Assembly: GCA_001643675.2 (NCBI GenBank)
Contig: LSRY02000058.1
Span: 186,001-250,000, forward strand
Reading direction: 5' to 3'
Length of the DNA: 64,000 nucleotides
DNA from: Monocercomonoides exilis PA203
Lineage: Eukaryota > Protista > Preaxostyla
Shown piece after piece: positions 38,999-50,331 of the stretch (positions within the stretch are counted from its first letter, which is position 1; each line of letters opens with the position of its first letter). The notes under the pieces are model-generated. The model was not told the DNA's origin and searched no databases. It saw only the letters and a program-made list of their open reading frames with translations. The position numbers and the translations under genes are program-made.

Positions 38999-40985
38999 CG
39001 AAAATGGAATTTGAGGAATTCTATGATTTTTATAATCTCTTTATAAATTTTTTGCTATTACCTTTTTTATATTCATTCATTCATTCATTCATTCATTCTT
39101 TTTCTTTTTCTTTCTCTTTGTTAATTTGAATTTAAGTGATGGTGATCCTATTTATTTGAAGCAAGCCAAGTTAGATATGATCCAGCTTGTGGCAAACGAC
39201 TCAAACGGAATTGATGTTATCAATGAACTGAAGTTTGTGCTAAGTCTTTGAGTAATCATCCTTTAAATTTTCCTTCTCTTCTCAACTCTTCTCTTCTTTC
39301 TTTTCTTTTCTTTTTAAATCAATAAACTCCATTTGATGCCACTTCACATAATATTCATTGCAATCTTCCCACCTTTTCTCCCTCTTCCCTTCCGCCCAGT
39401 GAGTACATCCTTGATGAAGAAGTGGGTTCAAAGGCAGTTCTGTCGATGGGTCTTGTTGGTGTGCGTGTGCCCAGCTGCTTCGACCATCTCACCAAGATCC
39501 TCCAGGATGTGCTCACACTGGGCTCGGCCACAGCCACACGTGCTGTGATTGTGGTGGTGCAGGACATTCTGAGGAGATACCCAGACACTTACAAGCAGTT
39601 CGTGCCTCTCTTGGGACAGCACTTCTATCACTTTGACAATCTGGAGGCAAAAGTATGGAATATTATTTATTTATTCTTTAATTATAGATTTTCTTTTCTT
39701 CTTCTTCTTCTTCTTCTTTTTTTAAACAATGTTATAAATGTCAATCTATAAATTATGTTATTCCTCTATCATCCATTTCCCTGTTTAGTCTGCCCTCATT
39801 TTCATTTTAGGCCAATTTGGTGAGCACATCCCAGCAGCCCCGTATCTCCTTGAGTCATTCGCTGAAGAAGCCACCACTGCCCAGTCTGCCGACGATGAGC
39901 CAACAGCAGATGGCGTTGATTCTTCATCTTCCTCCTCCTCCTCTTCTTCCTCATCCTCATCCTCTGAAGACGAGATCAAGCTGACCTCCTCTGAGCGGAC
40001 ACAGATGCAGCTGGCATTGCTGACAGCGCTGACACGCCTGGTGTTCCTGCGCATGGCAGAAGTGCAGCCTATTTTGGGGAAGCTGCTTGGAGACATCATC
40101 GGCGATGCTCCACAGGGTGTGCTTAGAGACAGGGCACTTTATATCTACCGTTTGCTCAGGGACGACTTTGATCTGGCAAGACAGGTGTTTTTGGAGGCGC
40201 CAGAGAAGGAGAAGGCGGTTCAGCAGGCGAAGGCGAAGAAAGCGCTGGATGCAGCAAAGAAGCAGCGGAGTGCGTGGAGGCAGGAAGGGGCAGTGAAGAC
40301 AGACATGAGTGCGTTCAACTACTCAGAAGACGAGTCAGACCTGTTGAAGCAGCAGGTGTGGTCGGAGTGGGGCACCTTCAGTGTCATCTACAACCACGCA
40401 GAGTCTTTCTTCACCATTGGCTCTCTCCAGAAGATCAAACTCGACAAGCCTGATCCAAAATCAAGTGCTTCAGATTCTTCCTCTGCCTCTTCTTCTTCTT
40501 CTGCATCAGCTTCTGCTTCTGCTTCTGTTTCTCCACCAGTTTCAACATCGCCTGCTGTCACTTATGTGCCTAACTCGCCATGCACTCCACAGGAGTTCCA
40601 GAAGATGTGGAAGTCACTCCCACAAACGTTTGAGATTATACTAATTTTTTATATAATATTATGTTATATTTGTATTCTATTCTTTTTTCACATATCAATC
40701 TTTATATTTCTTCTTCTTTCTTCTTCTTTCTTCTTCTTTCTTCTTCTTTCTTCTTCTTTCTTCTTCTTCTTCTGACTTCTGATCTTTCGTTTCAATTTCA
40801 TGCATTTCATTTTGGAATATCTGATATCTTTAACAGTGCAACAGATGACATGCCAATCACAACCCCACCGACTGCTGCTGCCTACAGGAGAGCAATATCA
40901 AATGCTCAATACACCATCATCGCCTGCGGAGGGAAAGATGGGAACATCAAGATGTTCGTTTACACAAAGGTCTGCTTCCATCCTC

Positions 40986-41029
<44 letters not shown>

Positions 41030-41291
41030 TCCTTATATTTATTTCTTCAAATATAATTTAAATAAATATCTTTTGTATATATATATGTATATGTATATAT
41101 TCAATTAATTTATTTATTACCCCCATCCTCTTTATTTATTCCCTTATCTCCCTCAGACTACAAAAGGAACAGACATGCTGGCTGAGGTTGTTGCCAACCA
41201 GGCAACACAACAGATTGTGTGCAATGTTCGCAGCAACGATGCAGAATATGCTCCTGAATTTGCCACCAACGTCTTGAGCTGTCTTCTTTAG
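37158..41291 (+). CDS. AP4B1: Adaptor complex beta subunit, most like AP-4 beta; ~13 exons
   Basis: Spliced motifs KKGEV, GIDMSPLF, EKKLIYQYL, LALLCVNTF...PQIRGLALRSL, DPNSYVR, LGQFGEHIPAAPYLLE and LRDRALYIYRLL. Short ear with PQEFQKMWKSLP and IIACGG. Assignment to AP-4 rather than AP-1/2 is by recognition only. Confidence 0.82.
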
Positions 41292-41861
41292 TTGGAGTTG
41301 CATTTTTGTAATCTGAAGTCACGATTTTTTTTAATTTTCATCACAAACTGTTAAAAATAAATAATAAAAAATAATAAAAAAAAAATCTCTTTTTTCTTTT
41401 TCAAATTCTGGATGCCACTTGCCAGTGGTTGTTAGAAAGAATTAATTTATGAATGATACAGGCAGAGAATATGTGAAAAGATATTTGCATTAAGCTTGAA
41501 AATGAAATTCCATAATTCTGAGGACTAATTGTTTTCTTTGCAGAAATATGAACAACGTCTCTTGTTTCGCTGATTCAATTCAATAGATTCAATAATCTTT
41601 CAATGGAGAAAAGCTTCTTCCTCTCTTTTTCAATGAAGCTATTTCATCAAATATATTCTTCAAATGCATAATAACAATGAATAACAAATTTGTCAAAGTG
41701 AAGAAGATAAAATCAAAATGATCATTCCCATTATATTTTTAAATTTCAATTTCTCAAACTGAAGTCTTAAATAAGAAAACGTTGGAATTTTATCATCATT
41801 ATGGGGACAGATCGCATGGAACAGGATCTTCTCCCTTTGCAACTTCATATTTTGAAGGAAA

Positions 41862-43388
41862 ATGGGAGCCGACCAGGATTGCAAATCTGATTCCAGCAGC
41901 GTCTCAACTACTTCGGAAAGTCCTCTTATCTCCGCCCCAATTCAGCTGAATGCAATAAACGACGGTGCAAAAATTATTCTATCGTTCGAAGAAATGAGTC
42001 ATTCGTCAAAAGTGACTCTTGCAATCAAAGAATCCGGGTTGGCATTTGAGATGGATGCGGATTTGGGTTTAGTGTGCGTTGACGATAAAGATGCAAAGCG
42101 GATAAAGCTTGTTTACAAGAGATTGAATGTGGATGTATTATCTGATGGGACTCTATCCTTGAATGGATCACTTTCAGAATCGTTTGTTCTTTCATACAGC
42201 GGAAATGCAGTGATAGAAACAGGAAAAGCACTTAAACTGTGCAAAGATAGCATGCTCCATGGTTTGAGAACACTTACAAATAATGGAGAACTGAAGATCG
42301 AAGGAAATTTGGCAACAACGGTTGCTAACTTCATAAACAATGGAAAAATTACTATTGGAGGAGGTTGGCAAGACTTTTTCATGCAAACGTTGCAGAATAA
42401 TGAAACCGCCACAATTAGAACGAAACGAGCAGATTTTCTATCTGAAACCCTGATAATAGCAAATAAGGGAATAATTGGATGCGTTGACAAATGGAACACA
42501 ACAGCAATACTAACAAATTGCGACGGAGGAAGAGTTTATGTTGGAAACGACTGCACGCTAAAGACATTGCTGAATAAGAGCCAATTCACACCAGTTGCCA
42601 GCGATTACGCAACGACGGTCACTTATCAGAATGCAGCAAATCAGGTTGTGAACGTCCCAGCACATTACCCTGATACACACCAGACTGCATCATACTACCA
42701 AATAATTATGGGATACACAGAGAGAGAAGTGCGAAGCGATCGTGGAAGTGGTTTTTTCTATCATGGGTTCAAGAGAAAAACCATTAAGCAGCAAACATTC
42801 ACGAAGAGAGAGGGAAGGCGAAGTCTGTTCGTTGCCTGTGGTAATCTTTCTCTCACAACTGATCTAAGCACATGCATTTGCAGCGACATTTTTGTTGGAG
42901 GAAATCTCAATTTGTCGGCTCGGCTTCAGTGCAATTCATTCAGCGTCGAAAGAATTGAAGTCTTGTCCAATTGGACCTGCACAAGCAATCGCGGATGGCA
43001 CGGCAGGTTGTATCGCAATTACAAATTTATTGACACACCAAGGAGACAGGAGCAATATGACAGTATTAACGCAACTTTGGTTGTTGTGGGAGATGTCAAG
43101 GGCATTGCAGAGAAACAAGTTAACAATGCTTCCATAACAACCAGTTTGGCGCTTCGCAAAGGAACTTTAGATGAATTAAAAGCACACGATACAGATTTGC
43201 AAAATTTTTCAAAAGCTCATTGCTCAAGTGTGGCAATTCCTTTTGATCAAGAGAAGTTCATTGAGGAATTGACCCAGATGAGGGTGATTCCGACAAGAGA
43301 GAACTGGATACGATTGCACAGTTGCTCGAAAAGCGTCACGCCAAAGACATCTGAATCTGTATCTCCAGCTACAGTTCCTGCAGTGTAG
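41862..43388 (+). CDS. Intronless 508-aa protein with filamentous haemagglutinin/CdiA-like beta-helical repeats
   Basis: Intact ORF with repeats LTNNGELKIEGNL, FINNGKITIGG, IANKGII, LTNCDGGRVYVG and SDIFVGGNLNL. Confidence 0.65.
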   Translation: MGADQDCKSDSSSVSTTSESPLISAPIQLNAINDGAKIILSFEEMSHSSKVTLAIKESGLAFEMDADLGLVCVDDKDAKRIKLVYKRLNVDVLSDGTLSLNGSLSESFVLSYSGNAVIETGKALKLCKDSMLHGLRTLTNNGELKIEGNLATTVANFINNGKITIGGGWQDFFMQTLQNNETATIRTKRADFLSETLIIANKGIIGCVDKWNTTAILTNCDGGRVYVGNDCTLKTLLNKSQFTPVASDYATTVTYQNAANQVVNVPAHYPDTHQTASYYQIIMGYTEREVRSDRGSGFFYHGFKRKTIKQQTFTKREGRRSLFVACGNLSLTTDLSTCICSDIFVGGNLNLSARLQCNSFSVERIEVLSNWTCTSNRGWHGRLYRNYKFIDTPRRQEQYDSINATLVVVGDVKGIAEKQVNNASITTSLALRKGTLDELKAHDTDLQNFSKAHCSSVAIPFDQEKFIEELTQMRVIPTRENWIRLHSCSKSVTPKTSESVSPATVPAV

Positions 43389-44602
43389 CCTGAACACATT
43401 CTATTTCAATAATTCTTTTCACTCCTCGTATTTTTTTATTTGCTTTTCGTTTCCATTTTTCATTTTTATCGAGAAGTAATGGATAGTTTGGCTTTATCCA
43501 TTTTGTCTCCTTTTTCTTTTTTCTTTTCTTTTTGTTTTTAAACAATAAACAGTGTGAAACATGAATAATTTTCAAACTTTCGCATCAACTCCAACTTCGT
43601 TCAGATCTTAATGTTCAAATAAGATGAAACAACTGAAGGGCAATAGCAGTTCCAAAGAAATGAGAAATTATAAAGATGCTAAAAACACTTGGTGAAAACT
43701 TTTATTGAAAATTATTAAAAAAAAGTTCAAACCAGATACAACCAACACAACGTTGCACTCAGTACAAAACCAAAACATGAACATAAAAGACTTTCTGTAA
43801 ATTATCATTTCTATATTTTTCTCCTTCTTCATTTCGGATGCAACATCTATCCATAAATCTTTTCTCCATTGAAATTCAGCGACAAAGGCGATTATTATTT
43901 AATTTAACACTCCATTGCCCACTCCAAAAAGTTCCATCATGTTAATGCAACTCTTGAAAACACAAGATTTACACAAATGCCACAAATGTTCCTATTTTCC
44001 CTATCTTTTTGGTAATTCTCTTTTATTTCATTAACTTCTTTCTTTTCATAACGCCATTCTTTTTCACCAAGTTCTCATCAAGTGTATCTTTGTAACATGC
44101 TCAAATTACTAAAACGAAAAATAAACGTAAAAACCAAACAAAAGAGGAACAAACATTATCTTTTTAAAAGTAATTTTTGCAAACACATCGAATTGGATGA
44201 AGCACGTTTGAACAAAGACCAAACATTTGAAACAATTTTTGACAACGATTCTTTGCAAATATCCCGATCCAACCTCATGATTATTTTTAGGGAATAATTG
44301 ATACCTTTTTTCTGTTTCACATTTCCATTCAAATCCTAGTTACAACCGTGCATGCAATATAAAGCTTGCTGCTTATCAACCATTCTCAAATCACTCAGCG
44401 ATGTGCTCATGAGTGCGAAGATGGAATTCGTTGACGGATTGCAGTAGGCGATGCGAGTCGATACTTTCGCAATTTTGCTTCAGTCAATTGGAATGGATTG
44501 ATTGGGCGATTTTCCGTCTTTTCTGTAACAACATTAAATTTTCAAAAACAAATCAGATGAAAATAAAAACAATTTTCGATAAAAAACATGCATAATAGGA
44601 AT

Positions 44603-47600
44603 TCAAAAAAATATTTTGAAACAAAAAATGAATATTTTTGAAAAAAAAAACCCAAAATGAAACAACAAACTTGATTGTACTTCTTCAGTTGGTAAGCTAT
44701 CTTGAGGAAGAGTAGATTCCAGTACTATTTCAATCGGACTAAACGAAACATTCTGCTTTTTTGGCACGCTTCCCAACTGAAAATTAGACGGTAGTTTTGC
44801 TGACTGAGGCAGAGTATCCAATGAGAATGCTTCAAATGGAGAGGTTGTTCGGTTCATCTGCTGTGCGCTATTTTTTGCGCTGAGTGCACGACTGGCACGC
44901 TTTGGTGTCAGAATGTCAAAAAGATGCTCAATTTGCGAGTTCGAGGAGAATGTGCTGGTGAACAGATGGTTTGAAGAGTATGGCTGAGGTGGCTTATTTT
45001 CATTTTCAGCTGAAACTGTTGTTTTCCTGATTTGATTTGTTCCATCGCTTTGCTCATTTGCTTCCTTTTCACCTGTTGCATCTGAAAAGTCCGAAAGTGA
45101 GGCTTTTGTCTCGTTCATTAAGTTCGTTGGAGAATTTGGGTACTGTTGCTGTTGCTCCATCAAACGGGAGATATTTTGTGAAGAGTCTGAAAAAGAAAAA
45201 GGAGTTGGCGAAAGAGACGGAAGAGGAGAAAATGGATGAGATAAAGATTCTTCTGAAGGGAAAAGACGGGATGATTCGTTGTCTTTACCATTTTTTTCAT
45301 TCAACATTTCATTCGAAGAAGAAATGTCTGAACTCAAACGTCTTTCAGAAGTCAATTTAGCACTTGTGTATGAGTCTAACTGAGATAAAAACGAATTTAC
45401 AGAAAACGGTTCTTTGATATCGCTTGCATCATTATCAATCGGTTCTTCATGATTTTCCTTTGCAACCTTATGTCTGCTTGGAGTTGGATCGAATCCGAGA
45501 TCTTCGGAAGAAAGCGTTAAAAGTGAGCGAAGATGCTTCATTTCAGGTGTTCGGCGATATATTTTGCTCAAAGATCCTTTTTTAAGCTTTTTGTTGTGAT
45601 AATGTTTAAGGCTTGACCCAAAAGTGTTTGAAAATCTGCTCATTTTGCTTTTGTTTTCATCAGCAGATTCTGATTTGGTTGAATAAAAATCACTTTTTTC
45701 ATTGGAATATTCACTTTGTGTCTTTTTTGTTGACTCACATTCGTTCTTCTCTTTATCTCTACCAATTTCTGCAGAATTTTCACTTTCGTCAAACTCTTCT
45801 ATGCTTATATCAGAATCACTTTCGCTAACATCAATTACATTATGCATCGATTCCTCCGTCTCTTCATCAGATCCAGAATCAAATTCAATGAAATCGTTCC
45901 ATTGGCGTTTAGACTTGTGCGAATTGCTCTTTTGTTCGTTTCTTTCACTTTTCTCAGCAATCGACACTCGTTCTGAAGAACCCATTTGCTTTGAATTCTC
46001 TAAAGACATTCCACTTTTTCGAGTTTTGGCTGAACATGTGTCCTCCTCAATAGTACCTTCGTTTTGACATTTTGATGCTTCATTTTCATTTGCTTCATCT
46101 GAAGTCTGCTGTTTATGTTCATTATTTCCAGTTTCATTATTACTCTTCATCACAGCAAGCAACGAGTCCAATGCTTGATGCACAGATGAAAATGCACTGC
46201 TTGTTGTCTTTGTATTTTTCGACGAACCATCACTTCGTTGTAATATCTGGTCAGTGACTGAATTTTCAAGTGTTTCTGGAAGCGAACTTTCATAAAATGT
46301 TCTATCCATTCCGAAAGAATGTCTACGAATTGGAGAATAACCAGTGCTTCCTGCTGTTGGTGGAGTTGTCAATGGCATCCACTCAGCTTGAGTCATATAT
46401 TTGTCGTTCTGCGGATGCGGAGTGAAAGGAAGAATGGAGATTGCATCTTCGATGGTTAGATGCCTTCCCATAACATCCTCGACACAATCAACATCTTTTC
46501 CTGATGATGATGGATTCCCGTCCGATTTATCTTGCAATGCTGTATTTTTAGCCTCCTTTGGAACAGAAATAGACAACGAAGCAAATAAACGATGAGGCGG
46601 ATGAAATTGAGACTCATTGGCTTTTGAAGAGAAGCGGGAAAGAACTGCTCTATCGTTAAGAGATGAACTCAATGGCAATGATCTGTGTGTATTTGATCTC
46701 GCCAGTGATAAATGCTCTGGCGAAGATGAATGCATCTGAGACAAAGTCAATTCGTTCAACGAAACGGCTGATTGCGATTTTTCCAATGTTGCCGATTTCG
46801 GTCGTTTCGCATCGCAACTGCTGTCTGTGCAATCTAATAAAACTTGCTCATTTCTTTTTTCACCGTTTTGAATATCAGAATCAGTATGAACATTTGTGCT
46901 TTCGAGCGTTACGATTGAAGAAACAGAAGTTAAAGAAGGAGCAGGAGAGCAACGAGAACGATGAGAATGAGGGGAACTTTGTGAATGAGGGGAAAGAACA
47001 GAATGAGGTGAATGAGGTGAATGAGGTGAATGAGATGAATGAGGTGAATGTGGTGAATGTGGTGAATGAGGTGAATGTGGTGAATGTGGCGAACGTGGAG
47101 AATGAGGTGAACGTGGAGAATGGATTGAGTGGATTGAATGAACTGAGTGGATTGAGCGGACTGAATGTGGTGAACGAGGAGAAAGAGGAGAAGCAGAATG
47201 GATAGATTTATGATGGAGAGAAGAGACAGATACGCCAGCAGCAGATTTAACAGAATTTGGTGTGTCTGGAGGAGTCGAATCAGGAAAAGCATAAGACGCA
47301 ACAGAAAGAGGAGAGTTTGGAGGTAGCTGCGAAGGAAGTGTCTGCATTGTGATTTGTGTCCGAGCAGACGGAGACAAAGGCATTTGAGGAGATTGGAACT
47401 GCTCTTGACTTTGCAAAGAATCCATCGGAAAGTCAATGTTTTGAATGGATGGCGAAAGCGAATCACGATCCAGTGTGCGTGATTTGAGTGAGCGAGAAAA
47501 AGAAGGTGAAAGGGGTGGAGGTGTGCTTTGTGGCGATAAGTGAAGTGAATGAATTGAATGAAATGACTGAAGTGATCGATGAAGAGATGGCGAAAATGGA

Positions 47601-50071
47601 AGAGGTGAAAGCTGGCTTGATTTTTGATTTGATGTACGTGAAGGAGATAAAGAGGGAATTTGTTGGGCTTCTGTAAAATTATTTGATAAAGAGTCAGAAC
47701 TATCTTTCACAGAATTATCACAAATTAGTATTTGTGATCCAATGACAACGTTTTCATCATCTTTTTGACTATCTTTTTCACTGTGCAGCTCGCAATGCTC
47801 CTCTTTTTCTGACGGAGGAAAGAAAGTTGTCGACTTTTGTTCCTCTTCAGAAAATCCTCTTTCAGGCTGATTATTCACTGTCTCGGTTTTGCGTTGTTCC
47901 GAGGGGCTTAATGCAATAAGTGATGAGGAAATTTTAGCATCGCCGAAAGAGGAAGATGTCACATTTGCATTTTCAGAAGTTGCTTGAGTCGAACTTAATT
48001 TGGGTGATAATTCAGATGGCATGTTCTCAACTTCTATTTTATGAATTGACTGATCCATTGATATTGAAATGACTTCTTCATTTTTTAACTGCTCTTCTTC
48101 AAGAAGCGATGACAGTCGATTATTTGTTTCTACATCTTTGCTATCAATTTTGCCGGCATCTGACCCATCATCCTTATTTTCTCTGTTCTCTTGAATAGAA
48201 CTATTGCTGGCTGCCGGCACATTTGATAAAAAATTACCTTGCGTTGCTGTTGAGGAATGATTCGAAGAAGATTCAACAGGAGAATATGGACCATTAATTG
48301 TAGTATCCGTTTTTTCAGTCATTTGCTTTTGCTGCTGCGGTTCTGCTTGGAATGCTTCTAGTTTTTCATTCTGCTCTTTTATTTTCTCTCTCTGCTTTTT
48401 CAGAAGGCTTCTGAACCTCTCCCTCGGAGTCATCGCAGGAAGAGTATGACCTTCTTCATCAGCTGGCTTTGATGAAGGCATCGATACCGAATTTAGAGAA
48501 TCAGGCGCTACCATTCTCGTTGAAACAGGCTGTGAAGTCAAATTTTGATTCTGTGAAGGTATTTGATCTGTTACAATCCTTTCATTGCGCTTTAACATCT
48601 CAAACGAGGTATTATTTGTTTTCGTAGAAACGTCTGGCTTAATGAAAACGGGCTGTGTTGCTGTAACTGTTTGAGTCGGAGTATTCACAACTGAAATAGA
48701 AGATGATGGCATTGGCAAATTACTTGTGAATAATGAATTTGTGAATGGTTGAGCCGAAAGCATTTCTGCAGGTTTTTGAGTATGAAATAATGAAGGTTGC
48801 ATTCGTGATTCAAACTGAAGATATCTTTCAGGCCTTGAACTTGGCTCAATGTCCAGCTGTTCAGAACGAGTAAATTGAATAGAAGTATTGACAGCACCTG
48901 TAAATTTAGATTGTGAAGGCAATTTGAAATCTTTGTGAGTTGGCAGTTGATTGACTTCTACGATTGACAAAGGGGAAAGAGGAGGAGGTGTGAATGAAGG
49001 AGGACGAGATGGTGGAGAAAATGGAAGAGTCAGTGAGGACGTTGCTTTTGATGTCAGAGAAGAACAAACACTGTCATTTGAAGAAGAACCAGAAAGAAGA
49101 GGAGATTGCTGTTGGATTGAAGTGTCCAATGTTAAAGGCTTGAGAGTAGATGGAAAGACTTTAACACCAGTTGAATTAACATTTGGTACATTGTTGCTTG
49201 AAGCTTCATTCATTGAAAAGTTGTTTTGAGGTCGATCTAATTTCTGCGAAAAGGGAAAAATACCTGAATTGGAGAATGAGTTCATAGTATAAGAAGAAGG
49301 TGGAACAGAAGCAGCAGACGAGAATGACGAAGTTAAAGGAAATGCGTGAATTGATGAAGATATTGGAGCTATTTCTGATGGAATTGTTGGCTTCAGCAAG
49401 GGAATAACGTTTTGAGTTGTTGACATTAAAAAATTATCTCTTTGGTTCGGAGTTTGAATTGGAAACATTTCTCCAAAAGATATTTGTTTTGGCGGATATA
49501 AATTTTGTAGTGAGTTCTTTCTTTGCTCCAAATTGGCTGATAACAAGAAAGAAGATCCCGTTAAATTTTTGATTTGATCCGGTTGAAGATTTGTTTGAGA
49601 TATTGATGGAAAAGAAGTTGTTTTCATCGTTGAATTGAAACTCTGTTCTTGCGTAGAAAAAAGAAACAATGGTTTTTTCTGTTTGCTGTCGACTATACGC
49701 GAAGATGAAAATGAAGGTGAGACAAAAAAAGATGACGATAAACTATTTGATATTGAATTACGTCTAGAAGGCTCATATTCAAAAATATTCGATTTTTTTG
49801 GAGGAGGATTGATATCCGAACTATTTGTTGAAATAGAAGGTAATGATTCAACAACAGTCTCTTCATTTACTTGCCCGTTTGCGCTTAAAACCGGAGTTTC
49901 GCTTTGACTACTAATTTGCTTTGAATTACGTTGTTTGGAAATTTGACTTTGTAACAATCCTTTACTTCGCTTTTCATGTAGCAACTGAATTTCTTTTTCA
50001 AATTCATCTTTTGAAAGCAATGGTATATGCGGTTTTCCTCGAACATGTGCACTCTCACTTGGAATTTCCAT
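44603..50071 (-). CDS. Hypothetical disordered Ser/Pro-rich protein (~1800 aa); true 3' end probably spliced to a short exon near 44410-44525
   Basis: 5.4-kb ORF whose last codons read like intron (T-rich). Possible donor at ~44680 and acceptor at ~44523. Confidence 0.78.
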   Translation of the reverse strand: MEIPSESAHVRGKPHIPLLSKDEFEKEIQLLHEKRSKGLLQSQISKQRNSKQISSQSETPVLSANGQVNEETVVESLPSISTNSSDINPPPKKSNIFEYEPSRRNSISNSLSSSFFVSPSFSSSRIVDSKQKKPLFLFSTQEQSFNSTMKTTSFPSISQTNLQPDQIKNLTGSSFLLSANLEQRKNSLQNLYPPKQISFGEMFPIQTPNQRDNFLMSTTQNVIPLLKPTIPSEIAPISSSIHAFPLTSSFSSAASVPPSSYTMNSFSNSGIFPFSQKLDRPQNNFSMNEASSNNVPNVNSTGVKVFPSTLKPLTLDTSIQQQSPLLSGSSSNDSVCSSLTSKATSSLTLPFSPPSRPPSFTPPPLSPLSIVEVNQLPTHKDFKLPSQSKFTGAVNTSIQFTRSEQLDIEPSSRPERYLQFESRMQPSLFHTQKPAEMLSAQPFTNSLFTSNLPMPSSSISVVNTPTQTVTATQPVFIKPDVSTKTNNTSFEMLKRNERIVTDQIPSQNQNLTSQPVSTRMVAPDSLNSVSMPSSKPADEEGHTLPAMTPRERFRSLLKKQREKIKEQNEKLEAFQAEPQQQKQMTEKTDTTINGPYSPVESSSNHSSTATQGNFLSNVPAASNSSIQENRENKDDGSDAGKIDSKDVETNNRLSSLLEEEQLKNEEVISISMDQSIHKIEVENMPSELSPKLSSTQATSENANVTSSSFGDAKISSSLIALSPSEQRKTETVNNQPERGFSEEEQKSTTFFPPSEKEEHCELHSEKDSQKDDENVVIGSQILICDNSVKDSSDSLSNNFTEAQQIPSLSPSRTSNQKSSQLSPLPFSPSLHRSLQSFHSIHSLHLSPQSTPPPLSPSFSRSLKSRTLDRDSLSPSIQNIDFPMDSLQSQEQFQSPQMPLSPSARTQITMQTLPSQLPPNSPLSVASYAFPDSTPPDTPNSVKSAAGVSVSSLHHKSIHSASPLSPRSPHSVRSIHSVHSIHSIHSPRSPHSPRSPHSPHSPHSPHSPHSPHSSHSPHSPHSPHSVLSPHSQSSPHSHRSRCSPAPSLTSVSSIVTLESTNVHTDSDIQNGEKRNEQVLLDCTDSSCDAKRPKSATLEKSQSAVSLNELTLSQMHSSSPEHLSLARSNTHRSLPLSSSLNDRAVLSRFSSKANESQFHPPHRLFASLSISVPKEAKNTALQDKSDGNPSSSGKDVDCVEDVMGRHLTIEDAISILPFTPHPQNDKYMTQAEWMPLTTPPTAGSTGYSPIRRHSFGMDRTFYESSLPETLENSVTDQILQRSDGSSKNTKTTSSAFSSVHQALDSLLAVMKSNNETGNNEHKQQTSDEANENEASKCQNEGTIEEDTCSAKTRKSGMSLENSKQMGSSERVSIAEKSERNEQKSNSHKSKRQWNDFIEFDSGSDEETEESMHNVIDVSESDSDISIEEFDESENSAEIGRDKEKNECESTKKTQSEYSNEKSDFYSTKSESADENKSKMSRFSNTFGSSLKHYHNKKLKKGSLSKIYRRTPEMKHLRSLLTLSSEDLGFDPTPSRHKVAKENHEEPIDNDASDIKEPFSVNSFLSQLDSYTSAKLTSERRLSSDISSSNEMLNEKNGKDNESSRLFPSEESLSHPFSPLPSLSPTPFSFSDSSQNISRLMEQQQQYPNSPTNLMNETKASLSDFSDATGEKEANEQSDGTNQIRKTTVSAENENKPPQPYSSNHLFTSTFSSNSQIEHLFDILTPKRASRALSAKNSAQQMNRTTSPFEAFSLDTLPQSAKLPSNFQLGSVPKKQNVSFSPIEIVLESTLPQDSLPTEEVQSSLLFHFGFFFSKIFIFCFKIFF
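46995..47175 (-). repeat. 9-bp coding tandem repeat encoding (SPH/SPR/SIH)n
   Basis: GAATGAGGT/GAATGTGGT units on the + strand. Confidence 0.88.
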
Positions 50072-50331
50072 TGCAACTTTTGAAATATAAAGTTACTTGA
50101 AGATATTGGTAGAATTGTTGCTAAAGATAAATATAATTTCCTAAATTTAATTTTAATAATCTATTGCAATCGAGCTATAAATAATTTTTGTTTGCCAAAT
50201 GTTTTTGGCACTCTAAAATGCAAATATTAAGAGAATTTAATTAATTCTTTTATTATAATGGTCACAAACCACAACATAAACTTTTGACGATTTTTTTTTA
50301 ACGTTGGGCTACTTTGCGCATATTTAGGTGC

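Noticed and set aside
41598-43874. 16-bp exact inverted match (TTTCAATGGAGAAAAG at 41598; inverse at 43859-43874) flanking the FHA-like gene
   Set aside because: It does not extend and I saw no target-site duplication. It is plausible by chance in AT-rich DNA, so not called a transposon.
43600-44400. Possible further exons or a small gene on the minus strand
   Set aside because: Stops in the frames examined and no convincing splice path.
46995-47175. Short repeats as a CRISPR-like array
   Set aside because: Contiguous 9-bp coding units with no spacers, in a eukaryotic gene.
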